Positions 21,955-33,041 of a DNA stretch of 64,000 nt are shown one piece after another. Made by a program: the position numbers and the translations under genes. This DNA comes from an uncultured Spirochaetota bacterium. Lineage in GTDB: Bacteria; Spirochaetota; Spirochaetia; SZUA-6; CAVTHK01. Position 1 is the first letter of the stretch; the number at the start of each line of letters is the position of its first letter. Where the stretch lies: positions 1-64,000 of the forward strand of contig CAVTHK010000002.1 of the NCBI GenBank assembly GCA_963734495.1, in the 5' to 3' direction. The notes below the pieces were generated by a model that was given only the letters and a program-made list of their open reading frames with translations, did not search any database and was not told the DNA's origin.

Positions 21955-22079
21955 CTCACACTCCCTTGACTTCGCGTCCTCGCGAAGTCCCAAGTCCGCC
22001 GCGCTTTGGTCCCGCGTACTCGCGGGATACTCGGCGGGCCCTCCGTGCGCGTGCCGCTACGTTAGCACGGATCGGCGGG

Positions 22080-22928
22080 TTACCGGTAGCTGCCCACCGC
22101 CACGCCGCGGATGAACTGGCGCTGGAACGCGAGGTACACGGCGATGACGGGGATGATGCTGACCACGAGCGCCGCGAAGACCAGGCGGTAGTCGGTGGAG
22201 TAGCGGCTCTGGAAGTGCACGACCCCCAGCGGCAGAGTGCGCCGCGCGTCGCTCGTGAGCACGATCAGCGCGAGGAAGTACTCGTTCCAGATCGCCATGA
22301 AGCTGAAGACGACGAGCGAGACGACGGCCGGCTGCGCGAGCGGGAACATCACCCGCCAGAACACCGCGAGCTCCGAGCAGCCGTCGATCTTCGCAGAGTC
22401 CGCCAGCTCGTTGGGGAGCTGCATGAAGAACGCGCGCATCAGGAAGATGCCGAAGGGGCCGCCGATGCTCGGGAGGATCACCCCCCAGAGGTTGTCCAGG
22501 ACGTGCAGGCTCATCAGCACGTAGTAGAGGTGGATGACCTTGGCCTGGAACGGGATCGTGAGCCCGAAGAGGAAGAGGAACAGCAGGAAGCCCCTGCCCC
22601 AGAACTGGATGCGCGCGACCGCGTACCCGGCCAGCGCGGAGATCGCGATGCTCAGGACGACGACCGGGACCGTGCTCACGACGCTGTTCCAGAAGTAAAC
22701 GCCGAGGCGCCCCGTCGTCCATGCTTCGGTGTAGTTGCCCCAGAGGAACTTTTCGGGAATGCTGAAGGGCCGCGAGAGGATCTCTCTGTTGGTCTTGACG
22801 CTGTTCAGCAGCGTCCAGGTAAAGGGGGTCAGCGCGACCACCGTGAAGACGGCGAGCACCGCGTACGCGACGACGGTCCCGACGCGGCTGCCGCGGACCC
22901 CGGTGGCGGCGTAGGAGAGGTCGGGCAC
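22080..22928 (-). CDS. Carbohydrate ABC permease 2
   Basis: DSAKIDGC, IWNEY, QRQFIRGV. Confidence 0.9.
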   Translation of the reverse strand: MPDLSYAATGVRGSRVGTVVAYAVLAVFTVVALTPFTWTLLNSVKTNREILSRPFSIPEKFLWGNYTEAWTTGRLGVYFWNSVVSTVPVVVLSIAISALAGYAVARIQFWGRGFLLFLFLFGLTIPFQAKVIHLYYVLMSLHVLDNLWGVILPSIGGPFGIFLMRAFFMQLPNELADSAKIDGCSELAVFWRVMFPLAQPAVVSLVVFSFMAIWNEYFLALIVLTSDARRTLPLGVVHFQSRYSTDYRLVFAALVVSIIPVIAVYLAFQRQFIRGVAVGSYR

Positions 22929-22930
22929 CG

Positions 22931-23821
22931 TCAGTCCTCCTTCTCTTCGCGCAGCTTCATCGTCGCCCACGTGAAGGCGATGATGACGATGCCGAGGACG
23001 AGGCTCATGGCCGCGCCGTAGCCGACTTCGTTCGTCATGAAGGCGGCCTTGTAGATGTGCGTCGAGATGACCTCGCTCGCGTGGAACGGTCCGCCCTCCG
23101 TCATGGCCCAGATCGTCCCGAACGCCTGAAGGGAGTTGATCAGCGAGAGGATCAGCACGAGCGTGTGCACGTGCCGGATGCCGGGCAGCGTGATCCAGCG
23201 GAACTTCTGCCAGCCGCTCGCCCCTTCTATGTCGGCGACCTCGTACAGGACGGGCTCGATGGCCTGCAAGGCCGCGAGGTACACGACCATGTACCAGCCG
23301 TAGCCGTTCCAGCTGTGGGCCACCTGGATGGCGGGCAGAGCGAACGTCGAGTCGCCCAGCCACCCGCGGGCGAGGCTCCCGAGACCGATGCCGCGCAGGG
23401 CCATGTTGACGATGCCGATGAACGGGTCGTAGATGCGCCCCCACACCACGGCCACGACGGAGACCGAGAGCACCTTGGGCAGGAACAGCACTACGCGGAA
23501 AAAGGACTGGCCCCGTGCGATCTGCGCGATGAGCACCGCCATCAGCAGCGCGGCGCTGATCTGGATCGCGTAGGACATGACGATCCAGACCAGCGTGTTC
23601 AGGAAGGCGATCCCGGTGATAGGGTCGCGGAACATCTCGGCGTAGTTGGCGAGCCCGACCCATTTCTTGACAGGGCTCGCGCCGTCCCACTTGTAGAATG
23701 AAAGCTGAAGGGTGCCTGCCAGCGGGATCAGCGTGAAAGCCACGTAGAACACGAGCGCGGGCAGCACGAACAGGTACGCCCACAGGTTCGCGCGGCGGAG
23801 CGCGGCGGCCGGTGTCGTCAT
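22931..23821 (-). CDS. Carbohydrate ABC permease 1
   Basis: EVADIEGA (EAA variant), MTEGGP. Confidence 0.9.
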   Translation of the reverse strand: MTTPAAALRRANLWAYLFVLPALVFYVAFTLIPLAGTLQLSFYKWDGASPVKKWVGLANYAEMFRDPITGIAFLNTLVWIVMSYAIQISAALLMAVLIAQIARGQSFFRVVLFLPKVLSVSVVAVVWGRIYDPFIGIVNMALRGIGLGSLARGWLGDSTFALPAIQVAHSWNGYGWYMVVYLAALQAIEPVLYEVADIEGASGWQKFRWITLPGIRHVHTLVLILSLINSLQAFGTIWAMTEGGPFHASEVISTHIYKAAFMTNEVGYGAAMSLVLGIVIIAFTWATMKLREEKED

Positions 23822-23873
23822 CGATACCTCGAGGGGAGAGGGGCGGACCCGCGGGCCCGCCCCCTCTCAGGCG

Positions 23874-25157
23874 CTACTTCTTCACGAGCCCGTCGGCGAT
23901 GTCCTTGTCCCAGGCCTTCTGGATCAGCTCGCACCCCTGCTGGGGCGTGAGCTTGCCGCCGATCCAGCCCTGGACCACGTCGTAGTACGTGTTCTTGGTG
24001 TTCGTCGGGATGTAGACGCTCAGGTTGTAGCCGATGCCGCGCGGGTCCTTCATCTTCTCGACCACTTCCTTCTGGTACGGGTGGATTGTGATCTTGTCGA
24101 GAATGCCCGGGATGACCGGGAATGGCGGAAGGAAGTTGCCGTTGGTGAAATAGAGCTTCTGCCCCTCCTCGCTGAAGAACATGAAGTTCAGCAGCTCGGC
24201 TGCCTGGGCCGGGGACTTGGTCTTGACGGAAACCGCCCAGCCGCTCCCGAGCCCTCCGGTGAATCCGCCCTTGGAGGCAGGGGTGATCGGAGGCACCGCA
24301 TACCAGCCGGGTTCCACGTCGGGGTGGTTCTTGATGATCCCGCCCGTTTCCCAGTTGCCCGTGATCGTGCCCGCGGCCTTGCCGTTCCACAGCAGCTCCT
24401 TGGCCTCGGCGTCCTTGAGCGAGTTCGGGTCGGAGTTGACGTAGCCCTCCTTGACCAGGCGGATGAGCTCCTCGGCGGCCTTCACGATGCCCGGGTCGGT
24501 CCACTTGCCGTTGCCGTAGAGCAGGTTCTCGACCGCCTGGCGCCCCGCCGCGGCTTCGATGTAGTGGGCGAAGTAGTGGCCCTGCTGGCAGCAGCCGCGC
24601 GTGCCCAACGTGAGCGGAATGATCCCCGCGTCCTTGATCTTCTTCAAGGTCGCGATGTAGTCATCGTAGGTCTTGGGTTCCCCGAGCCCGAGCTTCGAGT
24701 AGATCTTCTTGTTGTACAGCACGCCGATCAGGTCGACCTCCATCGGAATGCCGTACTTCTTGCCGCCGTAGGTGATCGAACGGATCGTCCAGTCGAAGAA
24801 CGGCCACTTGTACTTGCTGTAGTAGTCGTCCATGGCGAGCAGCAGCCCGGCGTTGGCGAGCATGCCCATGCGCGACGGCGCGGCGTCGATCTGCATGACG
24901 TCCGGCCCCGTGCCCGCCTGCAGCGCGAGCTTGAGCTGGCCGCTGTCGATGACGCTGATGTCCGCGACGTTGGGCTCGACCTTGACGTTCGGATACTTCT
25001 TCATGAAGGCGTCGAACAGGGGCGGATAAGCCGGATCGCCCTCGAAGTTGACCTTCAGAGTCGCGGCCTGCGCCGCCCCGGTCGCCTCGGTCCCACCGGA
25101 CGCGAACAGCGCCGCGACCGCGAACGAAAGGAATAGCACGAGAACGGCTCTCTTCAC
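23874..25157 (-). CDS. Carbohydrate ABC substrate-binding protein
   Basis: SD AGGAGG; signal peptide ending FASGG; YGIP....VLYNKK. Confidence 0.88.
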   Translation of the reverse strand: MKRAVLVLFLSFAVAALFASGGTEATGAAQAATLKVNFEGDPAYPPLFDAFMKKYPNVKVEPNVADISVIDSGQLKLALQAGTGPDVMQIDAAPSRMGMLANAGLLLAMDDYYSKYKWPFFDWTIRSITYGGKKYGIPMEVDLIGVLYNKKIYSKLGLGEPKTYDDYIATLKKIKDAGIIPLTLGTRGCCQQGHYFAHYIEAAAGRQAVENLLYGNGKWTDPGIVKAAEELIRLVKEGYVNSDPNSLKDAEAKELLWNGKAAGTITGNWETGGIIKNHPDVEPGWYAVPPITPASKGGFTGGLGSGWAVSVKTKSPAQAAELLNFMFFSEEGQKLYFTNGNFLPPFPVIPGILDKITIHPYQKEVVEKMKDPRGIGYNLSVYIPTNTKNTYYDVVQGWIGGKLTPQQGCELIQKAWDKDIADGLVKK

Positions 25158-25261
25158 GGACCACCTCCTGATTGGGAGTGCAGTGTAACGGCGGGCGCCG
25201 CGGGACGCAAGTCGCGGGCGGGTGGCTTCCCTGCGCGGCCCCGCATGGCTACAATGGCCTC

Positions 25262-26815
25262 ATGCTGCTCGGGATCGACCTCGGCACCTCCGGAGTCAAG
25301 GCGGCGCTCTTTGATCGCGCCGGGACGCTGCTCGGCATCGGGCGGGGCGGAGGCTACCGCTTCGCTTCGCCGCAGCCCGGATGGGCCGAGTGCGATGCCG
25401 GGGCCTGGTGGCCTGCCGTGTGCGAAGCCGTGAGGGCGGCCGTGCGCTCTCCCGCTCCGGGCTCGCCGCCGGTCGCGGCCATCGGGCTGTCGACCTTCTT
25501 CCCCACCGTGGTTCCCATGGGGTACGACGGGCGGCCGCTGCGTCCGGGGCTGCTGTACAACGACCAGCGCAGCGCGGCCCAGGTGCGGGCGATCGAGTCG
25601 CTCATCCCGAGGGAGCGCTACGAACGGATCATCGGCAACCGCCTCGCGCCGCGGAAACACGGCGGTCGCGAGCATCCGCTGGGTGCGGGACAACGAGCCC
25701 GGGCTCTACGAGAAGGCGGCGGTGATGGGGTTCGCCAACACCGTCGTGCTGCTGCGCCTGACCGGCGACTGGGTGACGGACTGGAGCGCCGCGAGCCTCT
25801 CGGGCCTGGTCGACATCCGCGAGCCGTCGCGCTGGAACGGCCCCCTCTGCGACGCCTTCGGCATCTGCGCGTGCAAGCTGCCGCGCATCCTCGGCCCGCT
25901 CGAGCCGGCGGGGCGCCTCACGGGCGCCGCGGCCGCGGAGCTCGGCCTCGAGCCGGGCATCCCGGTCGTGTGCGGCGCGGGCGACACCGTGGCCTCGGCG
26001 GTCGGCGCGGGCGTGCTCGACCCCGGCGACGTGTTCTATTCCTCCGGCACCACGGACACCCTCTCGGTGGTCCTGGACGCGCCTTCGGACGATCGCCGCT
26101 GGATCAACGTGGGCTTCGTGGCGCGCGACCGCTGGCTGGGGATCGGCGCCAACGCATCGGCGGGGCTCTCGGTGGAGTGGCTCTGCCGCGAGGTGCTGGG
26201 CCGCGAGGGCGCCGAAGGCATGGAAGAGGCGAAGCGCCTGGCCGAGGCTGCGCCCCGCGGCCGACTGGTCTACCTGCCGTACCTTCAGGGCGAGCGCACC
26301 CCGATCTGGGACTCCCGCGCCCGCGGCCTCTTCCTCGGGCTCACGAGCGCGACGACGCGGGGCGACCTGGCGCGCGCCGTCTTCGAGGGCACCGCGTTCA
26401 GCGTCCGGCACATGCTCGAGTGCCTCGAGGAGATGACCGGCAGACGGGTCGCGTCGATTCCGGCGGTCGGGGGCGGCACGAGGAACGCGGTCTGGAACCG
26501 GATCAAGGCGGACGCTCTGCAGCGGACGCTCGAGGTCCTGCGCTTCCAGGAGACCGCAGCCCTCGGCGCGGCGGCGATGGCGGCCGTCGGCGCCGGCATC
26601 TTCGCCACGGCCGCCGAGGCGGCGGACGCGCTCTGCCGGGGCCAGGGGCGCGACCGCGTCGAGCCGGACCCCGCGAGCGCCCGCGACTGCGATCGGCTGT
26701 ACGGCATCTACCGCGAGGCCTACGAGCGCACCGTCGATCTCATGCATGCCCTTGGCGAAGGGCCCCCGGGCACGGGGGACTGGGAGCTGGCGAAGACGCG
26801 AAGTCGCTGGAGGCG
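25262..26815 (+). CDS. FGGY-family sugar kinase (xylulokinase-like); frameshift near 25655; true 3' end uncertain
   Basis: LLGIDLGTSGVK, YNDQR, GAGDT, SSGT, LPYLQGERTP, VGGG, ALGAA. Confidence 0.85.
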
Positions 26816-26819
26816 GCCC

Positions 26820-27074
26820 ATGGTTGAGAAGGTGGACGATATCCGCAACGAGATCGAGGGCCAGCAGCTGCGCGCGATCCTGCGGGAGCAGGGCATCCCG
26901 CACCACATCCGCTCCTACCACGACTCGGCCTACGACGGCCTCTTCCAGCTGCAGCTCGGCTGGGGCTACGTCGAGGCTCCCGCGGCCTACAAGGCGCGCA
27001 TCAAGGCCATCCTCGAGGAGCTGCGGTCGGGGGGCACGCCCCTGCCGGACAAGCGGGGCCCCTCGCGGAACTGA
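26820..27074 (+). CDS. Small DUF2007-like protein
   Basis: Own SD (GGAGG) and ATG; NEIE..L.AIL.EQGIP..IRSYHDSAYDGLFQ...GWG. Confidence 0.6.
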   Translation: MVEKVDDIRNEIEGQQLRAILREQGIPHHIRSYHDSAYDGLFQLQLGWGYVEAPAAYKARIKAILEELRSGGTPLPDKRGPSRN

Positions 27075-27078
27075 AGCG

Positions 27079-29948
27079 TCAGCGGGGGTCGCCGGCGGCG
27101 GTCTTCTCGTCGCCCGGCGCTGCGCGAGGCGAGTCCCCGAACAGCGCGGCGCGCGCCGCGAGCACTTCCTGCCGCAGCGACTCGACCAGCTCGCAGGCGT
27201 CGCCGGGCGCGCCGGCGCGGACCGTCTGCTCGATCCTGCGGGCCGCGTCCGAGACCGGCGCGAGCCTCAGGTTGCCGGCCGTCCCCTTGAGCCCGTGGGC
27301 GCCGCGGAAGAGGGCGTCGCGATCGCCGGCGCGCGCCGCCTGCTCCAGCCGCTGCACGGACTCCCCCGCGGTCTCGAAGAAGCGCGCGACCAGGCGCTCC
27401 GCGTCCTGCCGCTCGAGCCCGGTGCCGGACACGATGGCGGGCCAGCTCACGGCGCCGGCGGTCGTCGGCGCGCGCGCCCCGTCGGCAGCGGGCGCCGCCG
27501 CGGTTCCGGCCGCGGAGGGCCGGGCCGCCGCCACGTAGCGCCGCAGCAGCTGGTAGAGGCTGCGGAAGTCGATCGGCTTGGGGAGGTAGTCGTCCATGCC
27601 GGCCTGCAGGAGCTTCTCGCGGTCGCCCCTGAGGGCGTGCGCCGTGAGCGCGACGATCGGAGTGTGACCCCAGCTCCTCCGGCCCTCGATCTCGAGCATC
27701 CGCTGCGTCGCCTCCACGCCGTCGAGCACCGGCATGCTGACGTCCATCAGCACCAGGTCGTAGCGGCCGCGCTCGAACATCTCCACCGCTTCGGCCCCGT
27801 CCGCGGCCGTGTCCACCGCCAGCCCGAACTCTTCGAGCTTGATGCGGAGGAGCTTCTGGTTGATCTGGTTGTCCTCGGCCAGCAGCACGCGCGCCGCGAG
27901 CCGGGGGCCGAGGGGCTCCGCAGTCTTCGGCCGCCGCGCGGGCTGCCGCCCCTCCTGGAAGAGCTCGACCAGCGCCGCGCGCAGCTTCGAGTCGTACAGT
28001 GGGGCGTAGATCGCCCGCGCGCTGGCGCGCAGGACCGGCTCGAGCGCCTCCCGCGCGGCGCCCGGGGCCACCACGATGAGCGGCACCGCGGCGAAGCGGC
28101 GCAGCGCCTCGGCGGCGTCCGCCGCGGGGTCGCGCGAGCCCGCGAGCACGATCAGCGCGGGCCGCTCGATCTCCTCCCACCGGGCGCAGTCGCGCACGCG
28201 CAGCCCGCAGGCGCCGAGCAGCTCCCTCAGGACGCGCGCGGTCAGGGGCGCTCCCCCGCCGCTCAGGAGCCACGCCTCCCCCGGCGCGGCGGCGAGGGCG
28301 GGCGGCGGCTCCGGCGGGTCGAGCGCCGGCAGCGCGAGCTCGAAGTGGAAGCGGCTCCCCCGTCCCTCGCGTGCTCTCGAGCCGCAGCTCGGAGCCCATC
28401 AGGCGCGCGAGGCGCGAGGCGATGGTGAGGCCGAGCCCCGTGCCGCCGAAGTCGCGCGCGATCGAGATGTCGGCCTGCGCGAAAGCCTCGAAGATCACCG
28501 ACTGCTTGTCGCGCGGGATGCCGATGCCCGTGTCGGTCACCGCGAAGAGCACGCGGCAGGGCTCCTGCGAGACGCAGCGCGCCTCGAGGAGAACGGAGCC
28601 CCCCCGGGGAGTGAACTTGAGCGCGTTGCCGAGGAGGTTCGAGAGGACCTCCCGCAGCCGCAGGGCGTCGCCGCGGACCGAGGCGGGGAGGCTCGGGTCG
28701 ATGAACGCGGCGAGCTCGACGCTCTTCTGGTCGGCCTCCACCGAGAAGAGGTCCATGGTGGTCTCCAGCTCCTCGCGGAGGGCGAACGGGGCGCTCTCGA
28801 TCTCGAGCTTGCCCCGCTCGAGGCGCGAGAGGTCCAGGATGTCGTTGGTGATGCCCAGCAGCACCTTGGCGCTGAGCGCCCCGTTGCGCACGTACTCGGC
28901 CTGCCGGGGATCGAGCGGCGTCCTGTCGAGCAGCTCGAGGAACCCGATGAGGCCGTTCAATGGGGTCCTGATCTCGTGGCTCATCTGCGCGAGGAACTCG
29001 GTCTTCGCCCTTTCCGCCACCTGCGCTTTCTCCAGCGCCGCCTTGAGCTCGGAGACGTCGTGCCCGACGGCGATGAACTGCAGCAGCTTTCCGCCGTCGT
29101 CGAGGATCGGGATCACCGTCAGGTCGACGAACGCCCGCCGCGGCGGCCGGGTGCGGCACTCGACGACCGCGTGCCACGGGCGCCGGGCAGAGCGCCCGGT
29201 CAGCTCGGCGCCGTACAGGTCGTCCTGCCTGAGGCCCGCGATCTCCTCGCGGGCGTAGCCGGTGACGTCGCAGAACTTCTGGTTGACGTAGAGCACCCGG
29301 CCCTCGGGATCGGCCAGCGAGACGAGGGCGCTCTCGTCGGCGGCCTGGCGGTACCCCTCGAGGAACTGTTCGGTGAGGCGCAGCTCGCGTTCCCGCGACA
29401 GCTTCTCCGTGATGTTCAGCTTGACGGCCGCGTACCGGCTCACGCGGCCCGCAGGGTCGCGCAGGGGCACGATCGTGGCATCCTCGTAGAAGAGCGATCC
29501 GTCCTTGTGGCGGTTGCAGAGCACGCCGCGCCAGACGCGGCCGGCGGAGATCGTGCTCCAGAGATCGCGGTACAGCTCGTCGCCGTGGCGCCCGCTCTTG
29601 AGGATGCGGGGGTTCGCCCCGATGACCTCGCGGGCGGAATAGCCCGTGCTCCGCTCGAAGAACGGGTTGACGTACTCGATGCGGCCGGCGAGGTCCGTGA
29701 TCATCACGGAGACGCTGCTCTGCTCGATCACGTCGTTGACGGTAGGCGTCAGGGCGGCGTGCGCCGCCCGCTTCCTCAGCGCCGCAGCCGCGGCCGCCAG
29801 CGAGAGCGGGGACGACCAGCGCGACCCGCCGCGCCGCGAGGGCCGGGTCCGCGGGCAGCAGGAGCGAACGGAGGTGCGGGGCGCCTGAAAAGAGGCCGTC
29901 CAGGACCCAGACGGCGATCGCCACGAGGAGCAGCAGCAGGACCGTCAT
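27079..29948 (-). CDS. Hybrid sensor histidine kinase (TM, 2 PAS, HisKA, HATPase, REC, Hpt); several frameshifts
   Basis: NPRILKSG PAS; MSHEIRTPLN; NLLGNALKFT; DTGIGI; GGTGLGL; AEDN..NQ, LMD..MP..DG; AHGLKG. Confidence 0.85.
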
Positions 29949-30028
29949 GCGCCCCGAAAGATACACCTTTCGGCGGGGCGGCGCGAGGGCTCGCGAGGGC
30001 GGCGCGAGAGGGCGGGCTGAGGCGCCCG

Positions 30029-31046
30029 CTATTCCCGGGAGGCCACGCTCACGACCTGGACTTCGAGCGGCCTGCCCCTGCGCAGCAGCCGCAGCGACAG
30101 CGGCCGGCCGGGCTCGGTCCGCGACAGCGCGCGATGAAGGTCGTCGACCGACGCGACCTCGTGGTCGTCGAGGCGGTAGACGAGGTCGCCCTCGGCGAGA
30201 CCGGCGCGGTCCGCGGGCCCGCCGGGCTCGGTGCCGATGATCTCCGCCACCGCGGGGAGGGACAGGCGCAGCCGATGCTGCATGCTCGGGGAGACGGGGC
30301 GGGTGCGGGCCGACACGCCCAGCCACGCGCGGCGGACCCTGCCCTTCGTGACGAGCTCGGTGACCACCCAGCGGGCCGTGTTGACCGGGATGGCGAAGCT
30401 GATCCCCTGCGCCATCGGCGATCATCGCGGCGTTGATCCCGATCACTTCGCCCCTGCTGTCGACCAGGGGGCCGCCGGAGTTGCCGGGGTTCAGCGCAAC
30501 GTCGGTCTGGATCACGTTCTCGATCAGGCGGCCGGACTGGCCGCGCAGCGAGCGGCCGAGGGCGGAGACCACGCCGGCGGACACGGTGTTCTGAAAACCG
30601 AGCGGGTTGCCGATGGCGATCACGAGCTGGCCGGCCCGCAGCCGGTCGGAATCGCCGAGGGTGGCCGCGGGCAGCCCGCTCTCGACGACCCGCACGAGGG
30701 CGAGGTCGGTCGCCGGGTCGGTCCCCACCACCTGCCCGCGATAGCTCGAGCCGTCGGTGAACACCGCCTCCGCCTCGGAGGCGCCGTCGACCACGTGGTT
30801 GTTCGTCAGGATGAAGCCGTCCGGGGTGATGACGAAGCCGGACCCCGTGCCCTCCTGCCTCATCCGGTCGCCCGCGTGGGCCACGTTGAGTGCGACGACC
30901 GACGGTCCGACCGCCTCCACGACCCCTATGACGGCCTCGGAATAGGCGTCGAGGAGGCTCTGATCGGTCGGTCCCTTGCGGGGCGGCCGCTCCCGGGCAG
31001 AGCGCGTCGGCGAGTCGAGGTACCGCAGCAGCGAGTTCGAGCTCAT
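30029..31046 (-). CDS. Trypsin-like serine protease with PDZ domain (HtrA/DegS family); frameshift near 30415
   Basis: GSGF, TNNHV, TDLA, GNSGGP, C-terminal PDZ (GPADRAGL..GD). Confidence 0.88.
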
Positions 31047-31135
31047 GCGCCAATGTAACAACGGCGGGGCCCGCAGGTGCCCCGCGCGCTTGATCGCCTG
31101 CGGCTCGCCGGAGTATAAGCGCCTCGGGTAACGCC

Positions 31136-32371
31136 GTGAGCCGGAGGAAGGGCAGGAACTGGTTCTATTTCATGGTCGACGCGGTCGGGTGGCCGCTGGG
31201 GGCGAGCTTCGTCTCGGCCAACACGATCCTGCCGATGTTCGTCGCGCGCCTCGCTGGAAGCAACCTCTTCGTCGGCCTGCTCTCCGGAGTGCAGAGCGCG
31301 GGGCAGTTCCTGCCGCAGCTCGTCACCTCGCACTGGGTCGAGCGCCTGCCGGTCGCCCGCCGCTACGTCGTGACCGTCGGCCTCCTGGCGGAGCGGCTGC
31401 CGATCCTCGTGCTGGCCGCCGCCATCTTCCTGGGCGCGGACCCGCCCGTCCTGCTCGCGGTCTTCTTTGCCTGCTGGGCGGTCATGAACGTGGGCACCGG
31501 CATCAACTCGCCGGCCTATTTCACAATGCTCTCCAAGTGCATCCCGGCCGCCGAGCGGGCGGGCCTGATCGGGTTCGGCAACGCCGCGGGCACGCTCCTC
31601 GCCTCGGGCGGCGCGCTCGTGGCCCGGCGCATCCTCGTGTCGGGGACCGGCCTCGCGGGCTACGGCTGGTGCTTCTGCATCGGGGCGCTGATCCTGATCG
31701 CCACCGTGATCCCCTTCGCCTTCGTCGACGAGCCGGCGGAGCGCAGGGCCGGGACCCGGTCGCTGGCCGGCCACCTCCGCGGCATCCCCGGGCTGCTGCG
31801 CTCCAACCGCGGCTTCAGCGTCTACGTGGCGATGCAGGTGTCGCTGCAGCTCGCGCTGGCCGGCGTCGCTTTCGTGACCGGCTACGCCGTCCTCAAGCTG
31901 CGCGCCGGCGAGGGCACGATCGCCGTGGGCTCCGCCATCCTGCTCGCCACCGAGGCGCTCGGCAGCGTGATCCTCGGCGCCGCGTCGGATCGCTGGGGCT
32001 GCAGGCCCGCGTTCATCGCGGCCGGTGCCTGCGGGGCCGCGCTGTACGGCGTCATGGCCCTTTCGCCGCCGATCGGTGCCGTGCTCGCCGCGTACGTCCT
32101 GGCCGGCCTGCTGCAGAGCGCCTGGGTGGTGGGCAACAACATGACGATGGAGTTCGCCCCGCCGGGGCGCACCGCGACCTACAGCGCGGTGGTGTTCTCG
32201 GCCATGGCGCCCGTGCGCATCGCGGGGCCGCTCCTGCTGGGAGTCGTGGCCGACGCCGTGGGGACTCCGCCCGTCTTCCTGCTCGCCGCCGTTTCGAGCG
32301 CGGTTGCGCTTTTCCTCGCCGCCGCCCGCTTGGAGGACCCGCGTCGCGCGCAGCGGGTCACTGTATCATAA
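31136..32371 (+). CDS. MFS transporter
   Basis: About 12 hydrophobic segments; G..SDRWG.R MFS motif A variant. Confidence 0.8.
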   Translation: MSRRKGRNWFYFMVDAVGWPLGASFVSANTILPMFVARLAGSNLFVGLLSGVQSAGQFLPQLVTSHWVERLPVARRYVVTVGLLAERLPILVLAAAIFLGADPPVLLAVFFACWAVMNVGTGINSPAYFTMLSKCIPAAERAGLIGFGNAAGTLLASGGALVARRILVSGTGLAGYGWCFCIGALILIATVIPFAFVDEPAERRAGTRSLAGHLRGIPGLLRSNRGFSVYVAMQVSLQLALAGVAFVTGYAVLKLRAGEGTIAVGSAILLATEALGSVILGAASDRWGCRPAFIAAGACGAALYGVMALSPPIGAVLAAYVLAGLLQSAWVVGNNMTMEFAPPGRTATYSAVVFSAMAPVRIAGPLLLGVVADAVGTPPVFLLAAVSSAVALFLAAARLEDPRRAQRVTVS

Positions 32372-32402
32372 TGCTACAGAGGAATTGTGTCATAATGACG
32401 CT
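32362..32402 (+). promoter_or_regulatory. Tandem candidate enhancer (UAS) sites for a sigma54 activator
   Basis: TGTATCATAATGCTACA (32362-32378) and TGTGTCATAATGACGCT (32386-32402): related imperfect palindromes about 90-130 bp upstream of the -24/-12 element. Confidence 0.5.
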
Positions 32403-32488
32403 GGTTTGGCCCTGACCCGCGAGTCGGTTGGGGAGGCGTCCGGCGGATATCTTCCTTCATATTAAAGAGATAGATCGATCACGAGCCG

Positions 32489-32505
32489 TTGGCACGGTCT
32501 CTGCA
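32489..32505 (+). promoter_or_regulatory. Sigma54 (-24/-12) promoter of hsp20
   Basis: TTGGCACGGTCTCTGCA matches TGGCACG-N4-(T/C)TGC(A/T) with exact GG-N10-GC spacing. Confidence 0.7.
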
Positions 32506-32551
32506 TATTCACTGATAGCTGGAGGGCAACCCCTTCCAAGGGAGGAATACC

Positions 32552-32971
32552 ATGAAGAGTCTGATGACCTACAACCCGAGCTCGCTCATCGACAGGGCGT
32601 TCGACAGCTTCTTCGACGATGCGTTCGCCTGGGGCCGCAGCAACAGCCACCGCGCGGTCGACATCCGCGAGGAGGACGGCGCCTACGTGGTCGAGGCGGA
32701 GATCCCCGGCCTGACCGAGAAGGATATCGAGGTCAAGGTCGAGAACGACCTGCTCACCATCGCCTCGAAGAAGGAAGCGAACCGCGAGGAGAAGAAGGGC
32801 GGCTATCTGCTGAAGGAGCGCCGCAGCGAGAGCTTCGAGCGCACCTTTGTCCTGCCGGCCGATGTCGACCGGGAGAAGATCGAGGCCCGCTTCGAGAACG
32901 GCCTGCTCGTTCTCTCGCTTCCCAAGAGCGAGGCGGCCAAGCCCAAGCAGATTGAAGTGAAGAAGGTCTGA
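32552..32971 (+). CDS. Hsp20/alpha-crystallin small heat-shock protein
   Basis: VDIRE, AEIPG, ER....FER.F.LP, ARFENGLL..SLPK; C-terminal IEV motif. Confidence 0.93.
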   Translation: MKSLMTYNPSSLIDRAFDSFFDDAFAWGRSNSHRAVDIREEDGAYVVEAEIPGLTEKDIEVKVENDLLTIASKKEANREEKKGGYLLKERRSESFERTFVLPADVDREKIEARFENGLLVLSLPKSEAAKPKQIEVKKV

Positions 32972-32997
32972 CGCGGGCGTCGCGCCCGCAGCTTGAG

Positions 32998-33026
32998 GAC
33001 CCCGGCCCGCGCCGGGGTCTTTTTTT
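32998..33026 (+). terminator. Rho-independent terminator of hsp20
   Basis: GACCCCGGC-ccgc-GCCGGGGTC followed by T7. Confidence 0.85.
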
Positions 33027-33041
33027 CCCCCGCGCCCTGCC

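Noticed and set aside
25683-27074. Apparent FGGY kinase-DUF2007 fusion
   Set aside because: The small ORF has its own GGAGG and ATG at 26820; in an indel-rich assembly a lost stop or frameshift is the simpler explanation, though this is not proven.
32518-32551. ROSE-type RNA thermometer before hsp20
   Set aside because: The predicted leader is very short, and no convincing U(U/C)GCU motif or SD-sequestering stem with a feasible loop is visible.
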